DNA of 64,000 bases from Longimicrobiales bacterium (lineage in GTDB: Bacteria > Gemmatimonadota > Gemmatimonadetes > Longimicrobiales > Gaopeijiaceae), in NCBI GenBank assembly GCA_965198065.1, contig CBDAON010000004.1, positions 2,432,001 to 2,496,000 of the forward strand, given 5' to 3'. Position numbers and translations under genes: made by a program. Positions 29,438-38,175 of the stretch are shown here, in pieces. Numbering within the stretch: position 1 is the first letter of the stretch; every line of letters starts with the position of its first letter. The notes beneath the pieces were generated by a model that saw nothing but the letters and a program-made list of their open reading frames with translations, had not been told where the DNA came from and did not search any database.

Positions 29438-30619
29438 ATGGCGACTGACACCTGGATCGTAGCGAGCGCTCGCACCCCCATCGGATCCCTGGGGGGCACG
29501 CTCAGCTCCGTCCCGGCCCCCATGCTCTCGGCGGCGTGTGTCTCGGCCGTGATCTCCAGAGCGGGTGTTGCCCGAGAAGAGGTCGATGAAGTGATCATGG
29601 GGAACGTGGTCAGCGCGGGGATCGGTCAGAACCCGGCGCGTCAGGCGGCGATCCGGGGGGGCCTTCCTCCTTCCGTCGGGGCGACGACCGTGAACAAGGT
29701 CTGCGGCTCGGGTCTCAAGGCGGTGATGCTGGCGGACCAGGCGGTTCGCGTGGGCGAACGGGGGGTGGTCATCGCGGGCGGCATGGAGAGCATGAGCCTC
29801 GCGCCGTACCTGCTCCCGCGCGCGCGCCAGGGGTACCGGATGGGGCATGGCCAGCTCCTGGACTCGATGGTGCACGACGGTCTCTGGGACGTCTACGGCG
29901 GCGAGCACATGGGCCATTACGGGGACGCCTGTGCCGCGAAGCACGATTTCACTAGGGAGGAGCAAGACGACTTCGCGGTCCGGAGCTACGAGCGGGCGAT
30001 CGACGCGGCGGAGCGAGGGATCTTCGCGCGGGAGATCGTGCCCGTCGAAGTGCCGATTCGCGGAGGCTCGACCTGGGTAGCCGAGGACGAGGAGCCCGGT
30101 CGTTTCAACGAGGCGAAGCTTCGCTCGCTGCCGCCGGCCTTCGGCGATGACGGCACGGTCACGGCCGGCAACGCATCCAGCGTGAACGATGGCGCCGCGG
30201 CCGTCCTCGTGGCCTCGAAAGAGCGATGCGCGAGCTTGGGTCTCACGCCCGTCGCGCGGATCGTGGGCTCGGCGACCTTCAGCCAGGAGCCGGAGTGGTT
30301 CACGACCGCACCGATCGGGGCGATCCAAGAGTTGCTCCGCCGGGTCGATTGGACGGTCGATGACGTCGACCTGTTCGAGATCAACGAGGCGTTCTCCAAC
30401 GTGCCGATGGCAGCGCAGAAGGCCCTCGGCATCGCGGACGAGAAGCTGAACGTGCTCGGCGGCGCGGTGGTGCTGGGACACCCGATCGGGGCAAGCGGCG
30501 CGAGGATCCTGGTGACGCTTCTGAACGCGCTGGGCGAACGCGACGGGCGGCGGGGCGTGGCCAGCCTCTGCCTCGGCGGTGGCGAAGCGGTCGCGATGGC
30601 CGTGGAAAGGGCTGACTGA
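29438..30619 (+). CDS. Acetyl-CoA C-acetyltransferase (thiolase)
   Basis: NKVCGSG, NEAF, GHPIGASG, CLGGG. Confidence 0.95.
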   Translation: MATDTWIVASARTPIGSLGGTLSSVPAPMLSAACVSAVISRAGVAREEVDEVIMGNVVSAGIGQNPARQAAIRGGLPPSVGATTVNKVCGSGLKAVMLADQAVRVGERGVVIAGGMESMSLAPYLLPRARQGYRMGHGQLLDSMVHDGLWDVYGGEHMGHYGDACAAKHDFTREEQDDFAVRSYERAIDAAERGIFAREIVPVEVPIRGGSTWVAEDEEPGRFNEAKLRSLPPAFGDDGTVTAGNASSVNDGAAAVLVASKERCASLGLTPVARIVGSATFSQEPEWFTTAPIGAIQELLRRVDWTVDDVDLFEINEAFSNVPMAAQKALGIADEKLNVLGGAVVLGHPIGASGARILVTLLNALGERDGRRGVASLCLGGGEAVAMAVERAD

Positions 30620-30642
30620 CCCGCGCTCGTCTTCGATCGCGG

Positions 30643-32094
30643 TCAGCGTGCGGCGACCTCTCGACCTCGCCGCTCCCGCGGCCGGAGGACCCAGGACTTG
30701 GGGGCCAGCCCCGGAGCGATCCGGGCCAGGTCCACGTCCGGATCGATCAGCCGGGCGCTCGGGCGACCGTTCAGGCTCACGAACGCGTCCGCCCGGACCT
30801 CGGGACGGACGCCCGTCTCCGCCTCGACCTCGTCGCGGATGTGGTGGGCCAGCTCCAGGATCATGTCCGGCTGGAACGCCATCTGCTTCTCCTGCTGCGT
30901 CGTGAGAAGACCAGCCGGATACACCTCCCACGAAAGGGCCGAGGCGGGATCCCGAACGCGGTACACGACCGAGCCGGACTTCTCCACGAGCATCACCCGC
31001 CAGGAGAAGCGATACCCCTCTTCTGTCCAGAGCACGGGCCCCTCGTACGCGAGATGGCGAAGCGGCACGAGGAGCTGCACGGCGAAGAAGCCGACGAGCG
31101 CGGTCCGCAGACCTCGCGGCGCGAGCCCCACGTCTCCTGGCTGCGGCGCGGCGCGGGGAGACCCGGCCAGCGGATCGGGCGTGCGGAGGGCTCGGCGGTC
31201 CCGAGCTCGCCCAAGTGCGAGGGACCTCACGAAGCGGCCTGCCCGCCGGAGCTCGTCCGCGTCGAAGAACACGATCGTGGACGCGATCATGATCCACGGG
31301 AACATTCCGATCGGGAAGAGCGCGGCGGTGGCCACGTGAAAGCCTACGACCGCGATGTATGCCCATGGACGGACCCGCCGGATCGAGAGCAGCACGGGGA
31401 CCGAGAGATCGAAGGCCGCGCCTCCCCAGCTCATCGTGTACGCCACCCACGGCTCGTCGAACAGGGCCCCCAGGATCGGAAGCCCCGTTCTTGAAGAGAG
31501 CTAGATGCGGAGTGGGAGCGCCGCGAAGAGCCAGTCTCCGTTCAGCTTGGCCATCCCGGCGAACACATAGACGATCGCGATCTGGAGTTGGAGCGCCCGG
31601 AAGATCCACGTCGGGGCTGCCCCGCCGCCGGTCTCTTCCCCCAAACGTCCCCAGCGATCCAGGGGCAGGAAGATCAGGAGGAAGGACACGAGCGAGACGA
31701 AGTAGTAATGGTTCAGGTACGTGGCCTTGTCGAGCAGCTCCACGTATGTGAACGAGAGGAAGAACCCCACGGCCGCCGGGCGGTAGAGGCGTCCCGCCGC
31801 GACGAGCAGCACGCACGCCATCTGAACGCCGAAGACTGCGTAGAGCCAGTCGCCCGGAAGCGGCCGAACCCACTCGAAGAAGAGGTAATGGAAGTGGAAG
31901 TCGGGATCGACGTACTGGCTCTCGACCCATCCCTTCGCTACGAAGCGGGCCGCGCCCGAGAACATGAGGAGGCCGAACGCGACGCGGAAGACGACGAGCA
32001 GAAGGGGAGAGACTCCGATCGGTCCGGCGACGCTCGCCGGTCGGGGCCGCACCGCGGAAGCCGCCCGTGCGCTCCCTGCCGCCTCAGTCGCCAT
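30643..32094 (-). CDS. HTTM-domain, vitamin K-dependent gamma-carboxylase-like membrane protein (in-frame TAG at 31501-31503)
   Basis: DKATYLNHYYF, YVFAGMAKLNGDW, IGMFPWIM, EEGYRFSWRVML, SLNGRP...IDPDVDL. Confidence 0.88.
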
Positions 32095-33214
32095 CGCTGT
32101 CGCTGAAGGTGATCGTGATCCCGAGCTGCGTGGACATCTCGCTCTTCAAGAGGACGACGAGCTCCCTCATCTCGTCGTACGCGGCCTCGGCCGTGGCCGG
32201 GTCGTCAAGGACCGCGACCTCGAGCGGTCCGTCGATCGCGCGGAGGGCATCGAGCGCGGTGTCGAACTGACGGGAGATTCTCGCCGAGAGCCGCCCCTCG
32301 CCCTCGGCGGGATCGAGGTAGTCCAGGTAGTCGTCCAGCCCGGCCTCGAAGGTTCGCCGGATCCCCTCGACGCTCGCGATCAGGAGCTCGAGCGAGCGCC
32401 CACTCAAGGGGACTTCCACGTCTTCCGCCCGCGCGATCCCGTCCGTTGTCCGGCCCGTGGGACGGCCGAGCCAGTCCCTGGTCGCGATCTCGTGAAGCTC
32501 GACCACGCGGTTGGCCAGGCGACTGATCGATCCCTGGACGTCCGCGCCGTCCGAATCGTTCTCCCGAAACGTCCGGACGTAGTTGTCGCCGTCCGGGGCC
32601 CAGTGCGATCGGAGCTCCCCGGCCGTCCGCACGAGGGCTTCCGCGACCGCGCGCAGATACTCCGCCCGGGCCGGCTCCTCGACGAAGGATTCGACGACGG
32701 TGCCGTCGGGGTCCTCGCTCGCCGGCTCGTCTAGGGGCGTGCTCCCGATGAAGATCAGATGCTCGATCGCGCCCAGCCCCTTCGACGTGGACCCGATCTC
32801 GGCGATGAAGTCGGCGTCGATCGGCCCGGCCGTACCTGCGGCCCGTGCCGCGATCACCTCCTCGATGAAGTCGGCCCGAGCCGGCCGCCGCTCGATTGAG
32901 TTGTGAATGATGAGGAGCCCCTCGAACTGAAAGAGCTGAACGGACCGCCACGCGAGGTCGGTCGCCAGCCAGCGCTCCCGGACGAGGACAAGCGACTCCC
33001 CCGACGGTTCCGCCGCGAACCGCGCGACGGCGCTGTCCAGCCGAGCCGCCTCGCGCACGAGGGCCTCGTGGGCCGGAAGGATCACGTTCATCCCGATCTC
33101 GTCCAGCATGGCACCACGGTCGAATCGCGGGCCGAAGCAGCCTCCAACGGCGACGGCAAGGACCAGAGTGCCGCTGGTCACGAGTCGGGGCGCGAGCTTC
33201 GAGGGCCGGCGCAT
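32084..33214 (-). CDS. Imelysin-family lipoprotein
   Basis: Lipobox VGGC; KGLGAIEHLIF; C-terminal LGITITFSDSDGD. Confidence 0.85.
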   Translation of the reverse strand: MRRPSKLAPRLVTSGTLVLAVAVGGCFGPRFDRGAMLDEIGMNVILPAHEALVREAARLDSAVARFAAEPSGESLVLVRERWLATDLAWRSVQLFQFEGLLIIHNSIERRPARADFIEEVIAARAAGTAGPIDADFIAEIGSTSKGLGAIEHLIFIGSTPLDEPASEDPDGTVVESFVEEPARAEYLRAVAEALVRTAGELRSHWAPDGDNYVRTFRENDSDGADVQGSISRLANRVVELHEIATRDWLGRPTGRTTDGIARAEDVEVPLSGRSLELLIASVEGIRRTFEAGLDDYLDYLDPAEGEGRLSARISRQFDTALDALRAIDGPLEVAVLDDPATAEAAYDEMRELVVLLKSEMSTQLGITITFSDSDGD

Positions 33215-33218
33215 GGGC

Positions 33219-34604
33219 TCAGAGAGACTCGAGGAATCGGATCAGGGCGGCCCGCTCCCGGGCCTCGAGCCGAAGGAACCGCTCGCGCGCCCCGTCGGCC
33301 TCTCCCCCGTGCCAGACAATGGCCTCCGAGAGGGTGCGGGCGCGACCGTCGTGCAGATAATAGGCGTGTCCGTTCACCGCCTGGAAGAGCCCGATTCCCC
33401 AGAGAGGCGCCGTTCGCCATTCCTTCCCATCCGCCTCGAAGTCGGGGCGGCCGTCCGCCAGGCCCTCGCCCATGTCATGCAGGAGGAGGTCGGTGTAGAG
33501 ATGGATGGTCTGCCCCGATAGAGCCGGGAGGGAAGGGTGGTCTCCGGTTCGGAGTGTGGGGGTGTGGCACGAAGCGCACCCCGTCTCCAAGAAGGTCGCG
33601 TACCCCCGTGCGGCCGTTGGGTCGTCGGGGCCTCGCATGGCCGGAACGGCCAGGGAGCTGGCGTAGAGGACGACCTTCCGAAAGTCATCCTCCGGGATCT
33701 CCGGCTGGCCCCCACCCGGCGCGCGGCCGCACTCGGGCTGTTGGACCCCGCAGTCGTTCTCGGGAAAGAGGGGCGTCGTGATCCCCATGTCTCCGAGGAA
33801 GGCGCCGGCAGCCTGCTGGGCCACGGTCGGCTGGGACGCCTTCCACCCGAAACGGCCGATCACGGTGCGCCCGAGCTCTTCGTCCCAGACCCGGTTGGGC
33901 CGGCCGGAGATACCGTCGCCGTCCACATCGTCGGGATCCGCCCTCGAAACGATCTCCGACTCCGGGACGGCCTCGAGGAGCCCGAGCCCGATCATCTGGG
34001 GAGCGAGCCTCGCGGAAAGGAGAACGTCCGCGGTCAGGTCGCCGTACGAAAGGTCGGTCAGCGAGATCACCGGACGCCGGAGGGACCAGGGCGTGCCGTC
34101 GGCGTAGCTCCCCTCCACGGTCTCGTAACCGATCGTGACCCTCCCTTCTCGGGGGACTCCGGGGATCACCTGATCCTGGAGCTGACCGCCGTAGGTCGGC
34201 TCCGGGGCGGGGCCGCCCGGCCCCGTCCTCCCGGGCACGCTCAGGCGAACGAGGAGCCCGGTCCCGAGCTCCCCCGGGGCTTCCGGAGGACGGCCGCGCC
34301 CGTCCTTCAGGTGGCAGCCCGCGCAGGATCGGGCGTTGAAGAGGGGCCCCAGGCCGTCCCTCGCCTCGGTGGAGGCCGGCGCTCCGACCCAGTTCTGGTT
34401 GAAGAACGAGTTCCCGACGAAGAAGAGGAGCTCGCGATCGCGATCGAGCCCGGGCGCGGGCTGCGAGAAGGCGTTCGGCGTGGCGTCGAGGACCGTCGCC
34501 TGCCCGCCCAGGAGGAAGGGGGGGGACGGAGGCGGAGCGCTACACGCCGCGAGGATGGAGGCCAGGATCACCCAGGTGCGAGTCACACGACCGTGGGTTG
34601 GCAC
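33219..34604 (-). CDS. Di-heme oxidoreductase (DHOR) family lipoprotein
   Basis: Two CxxCH (CAGCH, CASCH), DGLGPLFN, GRFGWKA, YLHDGRARTL. Confidence 0.92.
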   Translation of the reverse strand: MPTHGRVTRTWVILASILAACSAPPPSPPFLLGGQATVLDATPNAFSQPAPGLDRDRELLFFVGNSFFNQNWVGAPASTEARDGLGPLFNARSCAGCHLKDGRGRPPEAPGELGTGLLVRLSVPGRTGPGGPAPEPTYGGQLQDQVIPGVPREGRVTIGYETVEGSYADGTPWSLRRPVISLTDLSYGDLTADVLLSARLAPQMIGLGLLEAVPESEIVSRADPDDVDGDGISGRPNRVWDEELGRTVIGRFGWKASQPTVAQQAAGAFLGDMGITTPLFPENDCGVQQPECGRAPGGGQPEIPEDDFRKVVLYASSLAVPAMRGPDDPTAARGYATFLETGCASCHTPTLRTGDHPSLPALSGQTIHLYTDLLLHDMGEGLADGRPDFEADGKEWRTAPLWGIGLFQAVNGHAYYLHDGRARTLSEAIVWHGGEADGARERFLRLEARERAALIRFLESL

Positions 34605-34607
34605 CGG

Positions 34608-35793
34608 TCACCCGGGAAGCGCCGTATTGATCGTGAGCCCCATGACGGTCCCCGCCTCCGCGATACGATCCCCCAGGTCCTGGAGGAGGTAGACGGCCTC
34701 CAGCACGGAGGGACGGGAGGCCGGGTCCACGATCGCGCGATCGAACGGCACGGGAATCCGCTCGATCGCGTCCGCGGCGCCGCTCGCGAGCGTATGCATC
34801 TCGGCCGATAGCTCGGGGTCCGCGCGCTCGATCAGCGCCAGCATCCCCGGACCCTCGATCACTGTTCCTTCGGTCCGCAGGTACCGTCCGTACAGCACGT
34901 TCCGGATCCCGCTCCAGTTCGCGAGGATGTCCCGGTGTGTGTTGTCGGAGAAGCAGGAGTGCTCGTCTTCCTGGTCCTGGTTGTCGTACGCAGTGAACAT
35001 TCGCTCACCCGCGAGTTCCGATTTGGAGAGGACTCCGATCCCCACGAGCATTCTGCGGACAGCCTCGCCCGACTCGAGCGCGGAGAGGGAAGCCCGATAG
35101 TTGTTGGCCTCCCCGGGCGCCCATTCGGCGACCAGCCCCTCCAGCTGCTCCACCAGGAGCGCGCTCACGACCGACAGATACCGGGCCCGCCGCTCCGCGT
35201 TCGGCGCCTCGCCCGCCACGTAGTCCGTGTGACTCCGCTCGCCGGGTCCGCTTGGGCTCAGGTCCTGCCCCCAGAGGAGGAACTCGATCGCGTGAAAGCC
35301 CGTGCTGATGTTCTTCGGCTCCCGCTTCGTTCAGCGAGGTCAGGAGCTCCCGGTCGACGACGGGATACGCTTCCGGCTGGTTTATGATTCCGCTCTCCGG
35401 CGCGCCCCGGACGTAATCCACGTACCCCTCGTCCAGGGGCCACGCGTTCAGGAGCGTCTCAGGGCCACCCACCCGATCGATGGGTTCCCCGTAGAAGCGG
35501 AAGCCTCGGTTTGTCCGTAAGGCTCCCGGGCCGCGAGCCAGGCGGCACGAGCGCTCCGGAGCGTCGCTTCCGTGGGTGAGGCCACCAGGGCCTGAATCGC
35601 GTTGTCCAGGGCCTCCGCGGCCCGAAACGAGTCCTCGTAGCTCGCATGGGCGATGGACGAGTAGGTCTCGATCACGGCCACGCGGAGCGACTCGAGCGCG
35701 GCCGAGTCGTCGTCGCACCCGCCGAGCGGGAACGTCAGGACGCACCCCGATGCCACACCAAACGGAGATTCTGAGACTGAGAATCGTTCTCAC
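34608..35793 (-). pseudogene. Imelysin / IrpA-like iron-regulated lipoprotein (several frameshifts; start approximate)
   Basis: AREPYGQTEA, LNAWPLDEGYVDY, GFHAIEFLLWGQD, EDEHSCFSDNT across frames. Confidence 0.8.
35778..35792. promoter_or_regulatory. Fur-box-like 7-1-7 palindrome TGAGAATCGTTCTCA
   Basis: At the imelysin operon start, downstream of minus-strand TTGACC(35836-41)-18 nt-TAGGAT(35812-17). Confidence 0.7.
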
Positions 35794-35860
35794 ATCCGCC
35801 ACGATTGGGTTATCCTAGACGTCCAGGGCCCTCCGGGTCAAGGCTTCACGGTACCGGCGG

Positions 35861-37213
35861 TTAGGGTGCCTCGGCGACCAGAAGCTCCCGGAGCTCATCC
35901 GGGTTAGGCCCGAGGCGGACCGTAGCCTCCTCGGCCGCGCGCCAGAGCGGGGAGCCGGCGTCCCAGTCACCGCGTTCGCTCCAGTCGGGCCGTTCGTCGG
36001 GGCTCTGTCCCGTGGCGCGCTGAACCGTGTCCGGAAACTTCGCGGGATCCGCGGTGGATGAGGAGGAGGCCGGGGCCCGGTCCCCCTTCGGTGCGGGCGG
36101 CCTCGAGACCCAGGTATCCCACGGCCGTGTGGGGATCCATCAGATAGCCGCGCTCACGGAGCACGCGGTCCATCGCCGCGAGCACGGCTGCGTCCTCGTG
36201 TCGGGTGGCGAGGATACGAGCGCGAAGGGCGGAGACATCCTGTCCGTAGACGACGAGAAGGCGCTCCAGGTTACTCGGGCGGGCCACGTCCATGGCGCTC
36301 GACACAGTCTGGACGGAGGGCTCGTCGGTGAGCGCTCCGCTCTGGTAGAAGCGCTTCATGGCGGCGTTCACGTTGCTCGCGGCCACGAACGTACCGAACG
36401 GGACGCCCATCTCGGCGGCCAGCACCCCCGCCGTCAGGTTTCCGAGGTTCCCCGACGGAACGCACTGACCGTCACGCCCTCTCGCGCGTCTCTGGGGAGC
36501 GAGCTCCATCCGTAGACGTAGTAGAAAGCCTGGGGAACGAGCCGCCCCACGTTCACCGAGTTCGCTGACGTCAGTGTTGCCTCGATTCCGAGACAGGGGC
36601 GGGCCAGAATGTCCTTTACCATCCGCTGACAGTCGTCGAAGGTCCCGTCGATCTCCACCGGGATCACCCCTGCATCGGGCTCGCCGTCCCAGGTGGCCGG
36701 CTCCTGGATCTGGCGCCGCTGCACTTCGCTCAGGCGGTCGAGGACGACGACCCGAACGCCCGGGAGCCTGTGTACGGCGTGAGCGACGGCCCCTCCCGTG
36801 TCGCCCGACGTGGCAACGAGAATGAGGATCGGACCCTCGCTGGGAGAGCGAAGCTCGGAGAGCAGGCGAGCCAGAAAGCGGGCCCCGAAGTCCTTGAACG
36901 ATCCCGTCGGTCCGTGGAAGAGCTCGAGGATCCACGTGGCCGGATCCAGCTGGACGACAGGGAGGGGGAAGTCGAAGGCGCTCTCCGATATCCTCCGGAT
37001 CACGTCGTCCGACAACGCCGAACCGAACGAACGGAGCGCCAGGTGCTCAGCCAGCCTGGGGAAAGGCCACCCGACGATCTCCTCGAGTTCCCGCGGAGCC
37101 AGCCGGGGCAGGTCCGTAGGCTGGTAGAGGGCACCGTTCGGAGCCGGGTCGTCCAACACCGCGCGCCGGAGCCTGACCTCGGTGAAGGGCGGGCGCGTGG
37201 ACACCAACTTCAC
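35861..37213 (-). CDS. thrC: Threonine synthase (frameshifted in this assembly)
   Basis: ELFHGPTGSFKDFG, ATSGDTG, SANSVN, VPSGNLGN, MDVARPSN, DPHTAVG. Confidence 0.88.
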
Positions 37214-38175
37214 GCGGCTTCCTCTCCTCCCGACCCTTCCACTCGTGCTCCCCGAGGAGAGACGGGTGACAGATGGACAGACGCCCGGAGCCCGGTCGTG
37301 GCGGCGAAGGCACTCTCCATCGCGGTCGCGACGGCTTCGGCGCTCTCGGAGCCGCGGCACAGGGAGAGCATGGCGGGCCCCGCCCCCGAGATCCCGCAGG
37401 CGAGAGCTCCCGCCTCGAGCGCCGCCGTCCGGACCGCTTCGAACCCCGGGATTAGGTGTGCGCGGCGGGGCTCCGCCACCCCGTCCACGAGCGACTCGCG
37501 GAGGAGCTCCCAGTCGCCCTCGTGCAGGGCGTGCACGAAGGCGGCAGTCCTTCCCCACTGGCCCACGGCCTCGGCGAGAGAAACGGTGTTCCCGAGCGCC
37601 TTCCGCGCCGCGCGGGTGCTCACCCGGATCTCGGGGTGGAGGAGCGCCACGTGCAGCCCGTCCGGGATCGGGAGTCGAACCACGGGTCGGGAGGACGAGG
37701 GTCCCACAAGCACGAGGCCGCCGTAGAGGGCCGGGGCCACGTTATCCAGGTGGGGGCCGCCGGAGACCGCGGCTTCGCCCTCGGTCGAGCACCGGAGGAG
37801 AAACTCGAGCGACGCCCCGGTCCCAAGGAGCGCGTCCGCCGCGACGACGCCCGCGACTGCGCTGGCCGCGCTCCCGCCCATCCCGCCCGAGAGGGGGAGC
37901 CCCTTCACGATCGAGACCTCAATCCCGTCGCTCTCCCGTCCGGTGGCCTTGAGGAGCGCTCGGATGGCCACCGTGGCGGAGTTCCTCCGAGGGTCCTTCG
38001 GGATGCGCCCTCCGTCCCCGGAGATGCCCGTGATCCGGAGGCCCGGCCGGTCGCTCGACCGGGCCGTGACCCGGTCTCCTGGGGCCTCGAGCGCCAGCCC
38101 GAAGATATCGAAGCCGCAGATCACGTTCCCTACCGTGGCCGGAGCGAACGCCGTCTGGACCGCGTCAGGACTCAT
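37210..38175 (-). CDS. thrB: Homoserine kinase
   Basis: PATVGNVICGFD, PLSGGMGGSAAS, HLDNVAP, ISGAGP. Confidence 0.93.
   Translation of the reverse strand: MSPDAVQTAFAPATVGNVICGFDIFGLALEAPGDRVTARSSDRPGLRITGISGDGGRIPKDPRRNSATVAIRALLKATGRESDGIEVSIVKGLPLSGGMGGSAASAVAGVVAADALLGTGASLEFLLRCSTEGEAAVSGGPHLDNVAPALYGGLVLVGPSSSRPVVRLPIPDGLHVALLHPEIRVSTRAARKALGNTVSLAEAVGQWGRTAAFVHALHEGDWELLRESLVDGVAEPRRAHLIPGFEAVRTAALEAGALACGISGAGPAMLSLCRGSESAEAVATAMESAFAATTGLRASVHLSPVSPRGARVEGSGGEEAA

Noticed and set aside
24232..31503. Genome-wide TAG reassignment (alternative genetic code)
   Set aside because: Many intact genes end properly at TAG (3939, 42878, 60967, 62338) and the residues expected at internal TAGs are inconsistent
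29366..31930. 854-aa minus-strand ORF
   Set aside because: Arg/Gly/Pro-rich off-frame and antisense shadow of the HTTM and thiolase genes, typical of high-GC DNA
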